Source: Escherichia coli
Lineage (GTDB): Bacteria; Pseudomonadota; Gammaproteobacteria; Enterobacterales; Enterobacteriaceae
Direction: 5' to 3' (one strand)
DNA: 31,491 nt
NCBI RefSeq assembly: GCF_003334255.1
Contig: NZ_QOWU01000059.1
Position numbers and translations under genes: made by a program. This document shows, piece by piece, positions 9,806 through 23,692 of this stretch. The notes beneath the pieces are model-generated. The model worked only from the letters and a program-made list of their open reading frames with translations, was not told the origin of the DNA and searched no databases. How positions within the stretch are numbered: the first letter of the stretch is position 1; each line of letters begins with the position of its first letter.

Positions 9806-10669
9806 TTAATCATCTAATTCGCTCACCTTCTTATTCAGCAGACGAGAAGCGCGCCAGTAAACCAGCAACATCAGGCCCATTACGATAGTCAGCGTAATGC
9901 TGGTGGCTGCACCAAATGGCCAGTCACGAATATTGAGGAACTGTACCTTGATGACGTTACCGATCAGCAGGTTTTTCGCACCGCCCATCAGGTCGGACAC
10001 ATAGAACAGGCCCATCGCTGGCAGCATCACCAGCAAACATCCGGCAATAATTCCCGGCATCGTCAGTGGAATAATGATACGGATAAAAGTCTGTAACTTG
10101 CTGGCACCGAGATCGCGCGCCGCCTCAAGCAACGGCTTATCCAGTTTTTCGATACTGGAGTACAGCGGCATCACCATAAACGGTAGCAGAATGTAAACCA
10201 GACCGATAATCACCGCACTGGGCGTGAACATGATACGAATTGGTGTGTCGATAACGCCCAGCCAGAGCAAAAACTCGTTGAGATAGCCTTTGGTGCTGAG
10301 GAAAATTTTCAGCCCGTAGATGCGAATCAGTGAGTTGGTCCAGAAGGGAACAATCAGCAGAAACAGCAGCAGCGGACGCACCTTGTGTGGCAGCTTCGCC
10401 AGAAACCAGGCAAACGGGTAGCCCAGCACCAGGCAGGCGAGGGTGGCGATCAGCGCCATATTCAGCGAGTGCAATAGCACTTCAAAATAGAGCGGATCGA
10501 GCAGACGCGTGTAGTTATCCAGCGTAAAGACCATTTTGACGAAACTGGCGTCGTCGCGGGTCAAAAAGCTGGTGCCAATGATCATCAGGTTGGGCAGAAA
10601 GACAAACAACACAAGCCAACCGACAATAGTGACAATCACTACATTCTGGAACTTACTTGTGTTCTTCAT
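9806..10669 (-). CDS. potB: Spermidine/putrescine ABC transporter permease PotB
   Basis: Multi-pass permease sequence (…[20 protein letters not shown]…[21 protein letters not shown]…) directly downstream of, and overlapping, potA as in potABCD. The 287-aa ORF from the first ATG may exceed the true length; the real start could be an internal GTG/ATG. Confidence 0.85.
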   Translation of the reverse strand: MKNTSKFQNVVIVTIVGWLVLFVFLPNLMIIGTSFLTRDDASFVKMVFTLDNYTRLLDPLYFEVLLHSLNMALIATLACLVLGYPFAWFLAKLPHKVRPLLLFLLIVPFWTNSLIRIYGLKIFLSTKGYLNEFLLWLGVIDTPIRIMFTPSAVIIGLVYILLPFMVMPLYSSIEKLDKPLLEAARDLGASKLQTFIRIIIPLTMPGIIAGCLLVMLPAMGLFYVSDLMGGAKNLLIGNVIKVQFLNIRDWPFGAATSITLTIVMGLMLLVYWRASRLLNKKVSELDD

Positions 10670-11789
10670 CAGCCAGTACGACCTCCCAGCTTTCTACCCA
10701 ATTAATGGCCATTTTTTGGTCGAGAGAGTGGTCAAAGTCAGGGTCGTCTTCATTGAAGAATTCGCTGACCATCACCATCTTGCCATTTTCCAGTTCAACA
10801 ACCGACTCCAGCGTCATGCCTTTGTAGTTACGCTCACGAACGTAACCAATCAGCCCTTCAGCGTGGTTGTCGTCGTTAATCTCTTCAACACGTAAGTCTT
10901 CCGGGCGCAGCAGAACATGCAGTTTTTGCCCCGGTTCAACGGCGAAGTTAACGTAGATATTACATTCGCGGCCTTCAACGTTGGCGCGTACGCGCTGCTC
11001 GTCTAGACGTTCGATGACAGTGGCGTTAAACATATTGATTTCGCCAATGAAGCCGGCAACAAACAGGTTTTTCGGCTCTTCGTAAATTTCGCGCGGTGTA
11101 CCATCTTGCTCAATACGACCCTCGCGCATCACCACAATCCTGTCTGACATGGTGAGCGCTTCTTCCTGATCGTGAGTGACAAAGACGAAGGTAATACCAA
11201 GCTTACGCTGTAACGCTTTCAGCTCGTTCTGCATTTGCTTACGCAGTTTGTAATCCAGCGCTGAGAGCGACTCATCCAGCAACAACAGACGAGGCTTGTT
11301 AACCACCGCGCGAGCAATGGCGACGCGTTGCTGTTGACCACCAGAGAGCTGATGCGGTTTACGTTGAGCGAAGGTTTCCAGTTGCACCATCCGCAGGGCT
11401 TCCATCACGCGGGGCGTAATTTCAGCAGCGGGGGTTTTTTGCATGCGCAACCCAAAGGCCACATTTTCGAACACGGTCATGTGGGGGAAAAGTGCGTAGC
11501 TTTGGAAAACAGTGTTCACATAGCGGTTTTCCGCCGGAACGTGGGTGATGTCCTCGTTATCCAGCATGATGCGTCCGGAATCAACAGTTTCCAGACCTGC
11601 AATCAGGCGAAGAACGGTTGTTTTACCGCAGCCAGAAGGGCCAAGCAGCGTGAGGAACTCGCCATTGTTGATAGTCAGATCCAGCTGGGGAATGACCTCT
11701 TTACCATCAAAGCATTTGCGAATTCCCGCCAATTGCACCAGCGGTGAAAGCGAACTCGGTTGTTTATTCAATTTTTTACTCTGTCCCAT
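10653..11789 (-). CDS. potA: Spermidine/putrescine ABC transporter ATP-binding protein PotA, 378 aa
   Basis: Walker [13 protein letters not shown] signature [14 protein letters not shown], Walker B LLLLDE; length and sequence match E. coli PotA. Confidence 0.93.
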   Translation of the reverse strand: MGQSKKLNKQPSSLSPLVQLAGIRKCFDGKEVIPQLDLTINNGEFLTLLGPSGCGKTTVLRLIAGLETVDSGRIMLDNEDITHVPAENRYVNTVFQSYALFPHMTVFENVAFGLRMQKTPAAEITPRVMEALRMVQLETFAQRKPHQLSGGQQQRVAIARAVVNKPRLLLLDESLSALDYKLRKQMQNELKALQRKLGITFVFVTHDQEEALTMSDRIVVMREGRIEQDGTPREIYEEPKNLFVAGFIGEINMFNATVIERLDEQRVRANVEGRECNIYVNFAVEPGQKLHVLLRPEDLRVEEINDDNHAEGLIGYVRERNYKGMTLESVVELENGKMVMVSEFFNEDDPDFDHSLDQKMAINWVESWEVVLADEEHK

Positions 11790-12038
11790 GTAAACGCAAC
11801 GGATGGCTTACCGATGCGGGGTTTGTGGTTAACCACCTTGGTGACTCTTAATGAGGGCGGTAATTCTACGGCAAACCGCTTGAATCGCCAATCTTTGTTG
11901 TGAATTACTGGCTTAGCTTTATATTCATTAAGGTAATGCTGATAAATATTCCCGCTTGCAGGGGTAAAAGTGACCTGACGCAATATTTGTCTTTTCTTGC
12001 TTCTTAATAATGTTGTCACAAAAAGTGAGGGTGACTAC

Positions 12039-13265
12039 ATGGATAAACTACTTGAGCGATTTTTGAACTACGTGTCTCTGGATACCCAATCAAAAGCAGG
12101 GGTGAGACAGGTTCCCAGCACGGAAGGCCAATGGAAGTTATTGCATCTGCTGAAAGAGCAGCTCGAAGAGATGGGGCTTATCAATGTGACCTTAAGTGAG
12201 AAGGGCACTTTGATGGCGACGTTACCGGCTAACGTCCCTGGCGATATCCCGGCGATTGGCTTTATTTCTCATGTGGATACCTCACCGGATTGCAGCGGCA
12301 AAAATGTGAATCCGCAAATTGTTGAAAACTATCGCGGTGGCGATATTGCGCTGGGTATCGGCGATGAAGTTTTATCACCGGTTATGTTCCCGGTGCTGCA
12401 TCAGCTACTGGGTCAGACGCTGATTACCACCGATGGTAAAACCTTGTTAGGTGCCGATGACAAAGCAGGTATTGCAGAAATCATGACCGCGCTGGCGGTA
12501 TTGCAACAGAAAAAAATTCCGCATGGTGATATTCGCGTCGCCTTTACCCCGGATGAAGAAGTGGGCAAAGGGGCGAAACATTTTGATGTTGACGCCTTCG
12601 ATGCCCGCTGGGCTTACACTGTTGATGGTGGTGGCGTAGGCGAACTGGAGTTTGAAAACTTCAACGCCGCGTCGGTCAATATCAAAATTGTCGGTAACAA
12701 TGTTCATCCGGGCACGGCGAAAGGAGTGATGGTAAATGCGCTGTCGCTGGCGGCACGTATTCATGCGGAAGTTCCGGCGGATGAAAGCCCGGAAATGACA
12801 GAAGGCTATGAAGGTTTCTATCATCTGGCGAGCATGAAAGGCACCGTTGAACGGGCCGATATGCACTACATCATCCGTGATTTCGACCGTAAACAGTTTG
12901 AAGCGCGTAAACGTAAAATGATGGAGATCGCCAAAAAAGTGGGCAAAGGGTTACATCCTGATTGCTACATTGAACTGGTGATTGAAGACAGTTACTACAA
13001 TATGCGCGAGAAAGTGGTTGAGCATCCGCATATTCTCGATATCGCCCAGCAGGCGATGCGCGATTGCGATATTGAACCGGAACTGAAACCGATCCGCGGT
13101 GGTACCGACGGCGCGCAGTTGTCGTTTATGGGATTACCGTGCCCGAACCTGTTCACTGGCGGTTACAACTATCATGGTAAGCATGAGTTTGTGACTCTGG
13201 AAGGTATGGAAAAAGCGGTGCAGGTGATCGTCCGTATTGCCGAGTTAACGGCGCAACGGAAGTAA
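12039..13265 (+). CDS. pepT: Peptidase T (tripeptide aminopeptidase), 408 aa
   Basis: [21 protein letters not shown]… matches E. coli PepT. Start chosen at ATG 12039 (GTGAGGGTGA Shine-Dalgarno upstream) rather than the longest-ORF start at 11997. Confidence 0.9.
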
Positions 13266-13273
13266 GCGAAAAG

Positions 13274-13298
13274 GGATGCGGCATGTGATGCCGCATCC
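13274..13298. terminator. Hairpin between convergent pepT and roxA (GATGCGGCAT-gtg-ATGCCGCATC)
   Basis: 11-bp stem read directly; sits in the 48-bp gap between two convergent genes. Confidence 0.45.
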
Positions 13299-13313
13299 GG
13301 CTTAAATCCAAAC

Positions 13314-14435
13314 TTACCCTTCGAAGAACCAATACCCGCTATTGACCAGCGCCGCGAGCATCGCGAGGAATGACGGATCTTCCAGCGCATCGCCAAAATT
13401 CTCCGCAGTCAGCGCAATGTTGCTGGCGAGTGCATCCAGTGCCGGACGGTGCGGGGAATCGATCTTCTCACCATTGGCATACACGTCGTCGCCAATGCGC
13501 AATACGCGCAGACCACCCAGGCGCACCAGCACTTCACCTTGTTTCAGCGCATCGTAGATTTCATCCGGCTGATAAGGCGGCTCTGGCGGCGCGATATCCA
13601 GTTCATGACGTGACTGGGATATAAACTCGCCAAACCATTGCTTAAAGTGTTCCGGCTGGTTGATCAATTCGAGCATCATCTCACGCAGTTTATCCATCTC
13701 TTGCGGCAGAACATCCGCAGGATGAGCGCGAGGTGGAACATCCGGATCGCTGTAGTAGTTGCCGCCCAGTTCACGTTGCAGCACATAATCGGCAAATCCA
13801 CTAATCAGTTCCCGCGTATTTGGCGCGCGAAAGCCCACGGAATAGTTCATCGCATTTTCCAGCGCGTAGCCTTCATGCGGGAATCCTGGCGGAATATAAA
13901 GAATATCGCCAGGCTCCAGCTCTTCATCGATGATGGCTTCGAACGGATCGACCTGTAACAGATCCGGGTGTGGGCAGTGCTGTTTCATTTGCAGCTTTTC
14001 GCCCACTCGCCAGCGACGACGTCCGGTACCCTGAATGATAAACACGTCGTACTGATCGAGATGCGGGCCGACGCCGCCGCCAGGTACAGAAAAAGAGATC
14101 ATCAGATCATCAATACGCCAGTCCGGTAGTTCACGGAACGGTCGCATCAGCGCGGCGGTCGGCTCATGCCAGTGATTTACTGCTTGCACTAACAATGACC
14201 AGTTAGTTTCACCGAGATGATCGTAGCTTTCGAACGGACCGTGGCTGACCTGCCATTTGCCATCCTGGTGACTGACCAGTCGACTGTCGACTTCGCTTTC
14301 CATCGCCAGACCCGCCAACTCGTCTGGAGAGATCGGGTCAATAAAATTATTAAAGCCGCGTTTTAACACCACCGGGCGTTTCTGCCAGTGACGTTCAAGA
14401 AAATCGGGCCAGTTAAGAGTGAGTTGGTATTCCAT
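13314..14435 (-). CDS. roxA: Ribosomal oxygenase RoxA/YcfD (cupin/JmjC-like 2-oxoglutarate oxygenase), 373 aa
   Basis: MEYQLTLNWPDFLERHWQKRPVVLKRGF… matches E. coli YcfD. Start set at the internal ATG (14433-14435) that gives the K-12 length. Confidence 0.85.
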   Translation of the reverse strand: MEYQLTLNWPDFLERHWQKRPVVLKRGFNNFIDPISPDELAGLAMESEVDSRLVSHQDGKWQVSHGPFESYDHLGETNWSLLVQAVNHWHEPTAALMRPFRELPDWRIDDLMISFSVPGGGVGPHLDQYDVFIIQGTGRRRWRVGEKLQMKQHCPHPDLLQVDPFEAIIDEELEPGDILYIPPGFPHEGYALENAMNYSVGFRAPNTRELISGFADYVLQRELGGNYYSDPDVPPRAHPADVLPQEMDKLREMMLELINQPEHFKQWFGEFISQSRHELDIAPPEPPYQPDEIYDALKQGEVLVRLGGLRVLRIGDDVYANGEKIDSPHRPALDALASNIALTAENFGDALEDPSFLAMLAALVNSGYWFFEG

Positions 14436-14510
14436 GTTAAGCATCCACAGGCTGGTATCTGCAACCGATTATAACGGATGCTTAACGTAATGCGTGAAGT
14501 ATGGACATAT

Positions 14511-15971
14511 TTATTCATCTTTCGGCGCAGAATGCTGGCGACCAAAAATCACCTCCATCCGCGCACCGCCCAGCATGCTCTCTCCGGCGACGATTTTACC
14601 CTCATATTGCTCGGTGATTTCGCGGGCTACCGCCAGCCCTACACCTTGCCCAGGGCGTAAAGTATCAACCCGTTGACCACGGTCGAAAATGACCTCTCGC
14701 TTGCTTAATGGAATACCGGGTCCATCATCCTCGACCACAATATAGAGATGCTCGTCGGTTTGCCTTGCAGAAATTTCGACAAACTCGAGGCAATATTTAC
14801 AGGCATTATCCAGCACATTGCCCATCACCTCGACAAAATCGTTCTGCTCACCGACAAAGCTGATCTCTGGCGAAATATCGAGAGAGATATTGACCCCTTT
14901 GCGTTGATACACTTTGTTCAGCGCCGAGGTGAGATTGTCCAGCAGTGGGGCGACCGGATGCAGCTCGCGGCTAAGCAATGTCCCGCCGCGCATACTGGCA
15001 CGATGCAGGTAGTAGCCAATTTGCTGTGAAATGCGGCTGATTTGCTCCAGCATTACCGGTTCAGCATCACTGACGCTCATCTTTTCACTACGCAGAGAAC
15101 GCAGCGTACTTTGCAGCACCGCCAGTGGCGTTTTCAGACTATGGGTCAGGTCGGTGAGCGTCGTACGGTATTTGTCGTAACGTTCGCGTTCACTTTTTAA
15201 CAATCGGTTCAGGTTTCGTACCAGACTGGTCAGTTCTCGCGTTGTGGCTGGATTGAGCAATTCGCGGTTATGTTCTTCCAGTTCGCGGACTTCTTTTGCC
15301 AGGGCTTCGATGGGGCGTAAACTCCACCAGGCGGCGACCCACAGCAGCGGGATCACTAACAGCAGATTGGCTGAGAGCACATAGATAAACCAGCTCCAGA
15401 CCATATAGGAACTTTTTAGCTCCACCGGAATGGTATCCACCACCACAATGGTTAATTTTGGCATCCGCGATGTTGCCGGGTAGACGTTTACTGCCACCGA
15501 GTGGGTCATCTCCGCGTCGTCGTCATCTTCCCGCACTTCCTGCAACTGTTGCTGTATCGAATGATCTCCACTCAGCAAGAGGCTGGTATCGTTAACATCC
15601 GCTTCAATTTCATGAAAACCATTCGATTTCAGCCAGTCAGGCTGGATCATCTTCATCAGCCAGGGCACGTCACGTTGCGCCCATAAAAGCTGCCCGTTCT
15701 CATCATAAATTAGCGTCATGGTGGGGCTTTGCTTGTCGATATTTTCTGGTAACTCGACATGCAACTTATTGTTTTCCCACTTCGCAAGGGTATAGAACAG
15801 ATTGCTTTCGCCACGTAACAGCCGAAACGTAGTTTTATCGAAACTGACGCTATAACCGATCAGCGCGACCATTCCGTAGGCAAGCGAAAGCACCAGTACT
15901 ACCGCTGCCGTTGCCAACAGAAAACGTACCCGCAGCGAGAGCGGGAAAAAAAGACGCAGTAATTTTTTCAT
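14511..15971 (-). CDS. phoQ: Sensor histidine kinase PhoQ, 486 aa
   Basis: [25 protein letters not shown]…, acidic patch EDDDDAE, H-box [12 protein letters not shown]; full-length match to E. coli PhoQ. Start overlaps the phoP stop (ATGA). Confidence 0.95.
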   Translation of the reverse strand: MKKLLRLFFPLSLRVRFLLATAAVVLVLSLAYGMVALIGYSVSFDKTTFRLLRGESNLFYTLAKWENNKLHVELPENIDKQSPTMTLIYDENGQLLWAQRDVPWLMKMIQPDWLKSNGFHEIEADVNDTSLLLSGDHSIQQQLQEVREDDDDAEMTHSVAVNVYPATSRMPKLTIVVVDTIPVELKSSYMVWSWFIYVLSANLLLVIPLLWVAAWWSLRPIEALAKEVRELEEHNRELLNPATTRELTSLVRNLNRLLKSERERYDKYRTTLTDLTHSLKTPLAVLQSTLRSLRSEKMSVSDAEPVMLEQISRISQQIGYYLHRASMRGGTLLSRELHPVAPLLDNLTSALNKVYQRKGVNISLDISPEISFVGEQNDFVEVMGNVLDNACKYCLEFVEISARQTDEHLYIVVEDDGPGIPLSKREVIFDRGQRVDTLRPGQGVGLAVAREITEQYEGKIVAGESMLGGARMEVIFGRQHSAPKDE

Positions 15972-16642
15972 CAGCGCAATTCGAACAGATAGCCCTGGCC
16001 GCGAACGGTGGTAATCACTTCTTGCGGATATTGTGCCTGAATTTTTTTGCGCAGACGTCCCATCAGTACATCAATGGTATGGCTTTCCCGCAGCTCCGCA
16101 TCCGGATAGAGTTGTAGCATTAACGAATCTTTGCTCACCACTTTGCCATTATTGCGTATCAACGTTTCCATAATGGTGTATTCGAACGCGGTCAGTTTGA
16201 TCACTTCGTCATTAATAGATAATTCACGGCGAGAGAGATCAACCTGAAACGGGGGGAGCGAAATGACCTGTGAAGCCAGACCGCTATTACGCCGCATTAA
16301 TGCCTGCATTCGCGCCATCACCTCTTCAATATGAAACGGTTTAGTCACATAATCATCAGCACCGGCACTTAATACTTCGACTTTGTCCTGCCAGCTTTCA
16401 CGGGCGGTTAATACCAGAATCGGCAGTGAAACATCGTTGCTACGCCAGCGGCGAATCAGTGACAGACCGTCCTCGTCTGGCAATCCGAGATCGACAATCG
16501 CAATATCCGGTATATGTTCATTGAGATAATAATCGGCTTCTTTGGCATCTTCTGCGTCATCGACCTGATGACCAGCATCCTGAATCTGAACTTTAAGGTG
16601 GTGACGTAACAACGCATTGTCTTCAACAACCAGTACGCGCAT
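15971..16642 (-). CDS. phoP: Response regulator PhoP, 223 aa
   Basis: [40 protein letters not shown]… is an OmpR-family receiver plus winged-helix protein matching E. coli PhoP. Confidence 0.95.
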   Translation of the reverse strand: MRVLVVEDNALLRHHLKVQIQDAGHQVDDAEDAKEADYYLNEHIPDIAIVDLGLPDEDGLSLIRRWRSNDVSLPILVLTARESWQDKVEVLSAGADDYVTKPFHIEEVMARMQALMRRNSGLASQVISLPPFQVDLSRRELSINDEVIKLTAFEYTIMETLIRNNGKVVSKDSLMLQLYPDAELRESHTIDVLMGRLRKKIQAQYPQEVITTVRGQGYLFELR

Positions 16643-16702
16643 TTTTATTTCTCCCTGTCTTAATTATTAAAATAGTGTAACGCGATTATGTGGTTATGGG
16701 GG

Positions 16703-16719
16703 TAAACATTAAATAAACC
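16703..16719 (-). promoter_or_regulatory. PhoP box (direct repeat GGTTTA-N5-TGTTTA on the minus strand) upstream of phoPQ
   Basis: Plus strand reads taaacattaaataaacc; the reverse complement is GGTTTATTTAATGTTTA, which fits the (T/G)GTTTA-N5-(T/G)GTTTA consensus, ~60 bp upstream of the phoP ATG. Confidence 0.6.
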
Positions 16720-16810
16720 AGCGGGGAGGGGAGGTAAAGTGAAAAAATAAAAAGCGGATAATCTTAATAAGCAGGCCGGACAGCATCGCCATCCGGCACT
16801 GATACGAGGT

Positions 16811-18184
<1,374 letters not shown>

Positions 18185-18832
18185 TCACAACTCCGGGGTT
18201 AAATGAGCAAGAATTTGTTTTGCCTGAGTGGTCAGGCGATTACGAGAAAACATCAGTTGCAGACGTCCGCCGCCGACCTGGTGCCAGAGCACGGTGGCGC
18301 GAATGCCTGCCAGCAGGGTTGCGCGAACTTTCGCCTGCACTTGTGGGCTTTGCAGTACAGCAGGGGAACCGGTGACCTGAATGCGCGGGCCAAGCGGGCT
18401 AATCACATCAACATAGATAGCAGCCATCGCGCTCATCAGCGTTTCGGACTGTAAATCGAAGTGTTCGAGCTGGCGTTGCAGGCCGTTGATCCGGTTGCCC
18501 AGAGTGTCGAGCGCGCCTTTCGCTGAGGAGAGTTTGCGCTCAAGCACCATCAAGCTGAGTGTGTAGCGGGTTAATTCGGCGTTTAAGCCCTGGCGACTGC
18601 TGGCATTGAGCACGCCGAGCAGGGTTTCCAGCCCGACGCGCAGGTTGGCTTCGCTACCGCCAAAAACCGCCAGCGTCGAGCTGGGGTTCATATCAATAAT
18701 ACTGTTGAGTGAGACGTGTAGCGCATCGGCATCACAATGCCCCTGGTGAGCGAGTTGTTGCACCAGGCGTGCCGACTGACAAATACCGGCCAGGGCGAGG
18801 GTGATGTCATAGTAATTCTTTGCCACGTTCAC
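18185..18832 (-). CDS. hflD: High-frequency lysogenization protein HflD (YcfC)
   Basis: …[46 protein letters not shown]… matches HflD. The true start may be a GTG two codons inside the longest ORF. Confidence 0.88.
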   Translation of the reverse strand: MNVAKNYYDITLALAGICQSARLVQQLAHQGHCDADALHVSLNSIIDMNPSSTLAVFGGSEANLRVGLETLLGVLNASSRQGLNAELTRYTLSLMVLERKLSSAKGALDTLGNRINGLQRQLEHFDLQSETLMSAMAAIYVDVISPLGPRIQVTGSPAVLQSPQVQAKVRATLLAGIRATVLWHQVGGGRLQLMFSRNRLTTQAKQILAHLTPEL

Positions 18833-18861
18833 TGCTTCCTTGTTTTAAGTAAAGATAATAA

Positions 18862-20483
<1,622 letters not shown>

Positions 20484-20492
20484 TTTGCATCC

Positions 20493-21146
20493 TTAATCTG
20501 TCACTTCTCGCCATTCGCCATTGGCAAGATTATCCAAAGAGTAATCACCCATCGCATAGCGAATCAGTCGCAGCGTGGGGAAGCCAACATGGGCGGTCAT
20601 GCGGCGCACCTGGCGATTACGTCCTTCATATAAGGTGATCTTCAGCCAGCTGGTGGGAATACTTTTGCGTTCACGAATTGGTGGATTCCGCGGCCATAAC
20701 CACGCGGGTTCGTCAACCAGCTCCGCGCCGGCGGGCAGGGTAGGGCCATCATTTAAGGTTACGCCATTGCGCAAGGCTTCAAGTGCGTCTTGTGTGGGAA
20801 TACCTTCCACCTGCACATAATAGATTTTTCCGGTGCGTTTACCCGGCTGGGTTAAACGCGCCTGCAACGCGCCGTTATTGGTCAGCACCAGCAACCCTTC
20901 GCTATCGCGGTCAAGGCGACCTGCTGCATAAACGCCCTGAACCGGGATGAATTCTTTTAATGTTTTGCGTCCGGCTTCATCGGTGAACTGCGGAAGAACA
21001 TCGTAGGGTTTATTGAACAGGATCACACGCGTGGGCTGGTTTTCAGGTTTACGCCTGGTAGAACGTTGCGAGCTGAATCGCTTAACCTGGTGATTTCTAA
21101 AAGAAGTTTTTTGCATGGTATTTTCAGAGATTATGAATTGCCGCAT
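20493..21146 (-). CDS. rluE: 23S rRNA pseudouridine synthase RluE, 217 aa
   Basis: RsuA/RluE-family motifs (…[21 protein letters not shown]…); conserved position divergent from icd. Confidence 0.9.
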
Positions 21147-21317
21147 TATAGCCTAATAACGCGCATCTTTCATGACGGCAAACAATAGGGTAGTATTGAC
21201 AAGCCAATTACAAATCATTAACAAAAAATTGCTCTAAAGCATCCGTATCGCAGGACGCAAACGCATATGCAACGTGGTGGCAGACGAGCAAACCAGTAGC
21301 GCTCGAAGGAGAGGTGA

Positions 21318-22568
21318 ATGGAAAGTAAAGTAGTTGTTCCGGCACAAGGCAAGAAGATCACCCTGCAAAACGGCAAACTCAACGTTCCTGAAAATCCGAT
21401 TATCCCTTACATTGAAGGTGATGGAATCGGTGTAGATGTAACCCCAGCCATGCTGAAAGTGGTCGACGCTGCAGTCGAGAAAGCCTATAAAGGCGAGCGT
21501 AAAATCTCCTGGATGGAAATTTACACCGGTGAAAAATCCACACAGGTTTATGGTCAGGACGTCTGGCTGCCTGCTGAAACTCTTGATCTGATTCGTGAAT
21601 ATCGCGTTGCCATTAAAGGTCCGCTGACCACTCCGGTTGGTGGCGGTATTCGCTCTCTGAACGTTGCCCTGCGCCAGGAACTGGATCTCTACATCTGCCT
21701 GCGTCCGGTACGTTACTATCAGGGCACTCCAAGCCCGGTTAAACACCCTGAACTGACCGATATGGTTATCTTCCGTGAAAACTCGGAAGACATTTATGCG
21801 GGTATCGAATGGAAAGCAGACTCTGCCGACGCCGAGAAAGTGATTAAATTCCTGCGTGAAGAGATGGGGGTGAAGAAAATTCGCTTCCCGGAACATTGTG
21901 GTATCGGTATTAAGCCGTGTTCGGAAGAAGGCACCAAACGTCTGGTTCGTGCAGCGATCGAATACGCAATTGCTAACGATCGTGACTCTGTGACTCTGGT
22001 GCACAAAGGCAACATCATGAAGTTCACCGAAGGAGCGTTTAAAGACTGGGGCTACCAGCTGGCGCGTGAAGAGTTTGGCGGTGAACTGATCGACGGTGGC
22101 CCGTGGCTGAAAGTTAAAAACCCGAACACTGGCAAAGAGATCGTCATTAAAGACGTGATTGCTGATGCATTCCTGCAACAGATCCTGCTGCGTCCGGCTG
22201 AATATGATGTTATCGCCTGTATGAACCTGAACGGTGACTACATTTCTGACGCCCTGGCAGCGCAGGTTGGCGGTATCGGTATCGCCCCTGGTGCAAACAT
22301 CGGTGACGAATGCGCCCTGTTTGAAGCCACCCACGGTACTGCGCCGAAATATGCCGGTCAGGACAAAGTAAATCCTGGCTCTATTATTCTCTCCGCTGAG
22401 ATGATGCTGCGCCATATGGGTTGGACTGAAGCGGCTGACCTGATTGTTAAAGGTATGGAAGGCGCAATCAATGCCAAGACCGTAACTTATGACTTCGAAC
22501 GTCTGATGGAAGGCGCTAAGCTGCTGAAATGTTCAGAGTTTGGTGAAGCGATCATCGAAAACATGTAA
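21318..22568 (+). CDS. icd: NADP-dependent isocitrate dehydrogenase, 416 aa
   Basis: [45 protein letters not shown]… is a full-length match to E. coli Icd, with strong codon bias. Confidence 0.96.
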   Translation: MESKVVVPAQGKKITLQNGKLNVPENPIIPYIEGDGIGVDVTPAMLKVVDAAVEKAYKGERKISWMEIYTGEKSTQVYGQDVWLPAETLDLIREYRVAIKGPLTTPVGGGIRSLNVALRQELDLYICLRPVRYYQGTPSPVKHPELTDMVIFRENSEDIYAGIEWKADSADAEKVIKFLREEMGVKKIRFPEHCGIGIKPCSEEGTKRLVRAAIEYAIANDRDSVTLVHKGNIMKFTEGAFKDWGYQLAREEFGGELIDGGPWLKVKNPNTGKEIVIKDVIADAFLQQILLRPAEYDVIACMNLNGDYISDALAAQVGGIGIAPGANIGDECALFEATHGTAPKYAGQDKVNPGSIILSAEMMLRHMGWTEAADLIVKGMEGAINAKTVTYDFERLMEGAKLLKCSEFGEAIIENM

Positions 22569-22591
22569 TCTCTCCATGTGTTAAATATTGA

Positions 22592-22622
22592 AACGGGCGT
22601 ATAACACGCCCGTTGTTTTATT
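22592..22622 (+). terminator. icd intrinsic terminator (AACGGGCGT-ataac-ACGCCCGTT followed by GTTTTATTTAT)
   Basis: 9-bp perfect stem followed by a T-rich run, 24 bp after the icd stop. Confidence 0.65.
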
Positions 22623-22670
22623 TATGTGGATATTATTAATAGCATATCGAGCATATTTATATGAAGCCCA

Positions 22671-22994
22671 TTACTTGAGCCCATATGGGCATATTTTTAT
22701 AATGCAACTATTATGTAAACATTTATTTGTTATTTTGCTTTCTCCTGGAGGACACTCTTGACTGCTTTTGAGTAAACTCCATAAATCCTTGTTGAATGGT
22801 GCGATGTGATAAATAGTAATAGGATATTCTTTATCCTTAAGGATAATACCAGACTTAACCGGTGTAAATATACTGCCAGGAGGGAGAAATATAGTAGATT
22901 GATACCAGATGATCATTTTCATATTACCCCATATGGCTGAAAAAGATATACCACATGTAGGTTGAATTACCGTGTCAATTACTATCCACTTCAT
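22671..22994 (-). CDS. iraM: Anti-adaptor protein IraM (RssB inhibitor; YcgW), 107 aa
   Basis: [32 protein letters not shown]… recognised as IraM; AT-rich gene immediately after icd, as in K-12 once e14 is discounted. Confidence 0.8.
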   Translation of the reverse strand: MKWIVIDTVIQPTCGISFSAIWGNMKMIIWYQSTIFLPPGSIFTPVKSGIILKDKEYPITIYHIAPFNKDLWSLLKSSQECPPGESKITNKCLHNSCIIKICPYGLK

Positions 22995-23454
22995 TTGTTA
23001 TGTCTTATCCCACGGTATTTAATATGGTTCATTAGGATGTTTATTTCTTGATTTTGCATATGAGTATATTACCCCCCCCTCAAAAAATAAATTAATTAAA
23101 ATGATGGCTTATATAAAATAAAATTTAAAGCAAGGAATCTCAATGGATGTTAAACAAAATGAGATTTTGTGAAAGCAATAAATTATTGACTTCGTTTTAG
23201 ATTTGTTTAGCTATAATGTTATACATTCAAATGACTGAACATCCTGTAATTAAAACATAGCCTTTATGCTACTTTGTACCAATTTGCTAAACATTATGGT
23301 TGCCTTTTTATATAACGATAATAATGAATATAAGCATGACATGAGAATAAGGTTTCAATTTTTGAGTTATATAGGAATGATTTAACCTGTTCCTGGCTAA
23401 AATACATATAACCGGATGATGACTAAACCAAAATACATGTGCGTTAAGTATTGA

Positions 23455-23485
23455 AACGGACGTGTGGCACGGCCGTTGTTTTTAT
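23455..23485 (+). terminator. Second, diverged copy of the icd-terminator-like hairpin (AACGGACGTG-tgg-CACGGCCGTT followed by GTTTTTATAAA)
   Basis: 9/10-bp stem then a T-run on the plus strand. About 45 bp (from ttgaaacgg…) resembles 22585-22625 at roughly 80% identity. Confidence 0.35.
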
Positions 23486-23692
23486 AAATATGTTAACCGT
23501 TATAAAATAACGTATCAAAAGTCAAGTGATCACATTTCAAATATCAAGTTGATAGTATTAGTCTGGTGATTATTTATGGGTGACAATAAAAAGACAGTAT
23601 TAATCATCCATAGAGATAGTCTCTGCACTTTTATTTCCATTATGCTAATGCCTTACTGAATTATGAAGCATTTCTTAAGTATCCAACTTTAG

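Noticed and set aside
9575-9806. Possible tRNA or integrase at the prophage/chromosome boundary
   Set aside because: No cloverleaf-compatible sequence (no GTTC-type T-arm with matching acceptor stem) and no integrase ORF in the window. The junction appears to be in a protein-coding operon (potB/potC), not a tRNA gene.
11328-11793. 139-aa and 82-aa plus-strand ORFs antisense to potA
   Set aside because: Nested antisense to a confidently identified ABC ATPase gene; no features of a real gene.
16765-16800. GCCGGA…TCCGGC inverted repeat downstream of purB as a possible REP element
   Set aside because: Only a 6-bp stem and no match to the REP consensus that I can confirm by eye; more simply the purB transcript terminator region. 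Not reported as a feature.
21234-22415. 393-aa ORF on the minus strand, antisense to almost all of icd
   Set aside because: No recognisable domain or motif in the translation and no start context. Long antisense ORFs are expected opposite strongly codon-biased genes because the bias depletes stop codons in the antisense frame. icd itself is a confident call.
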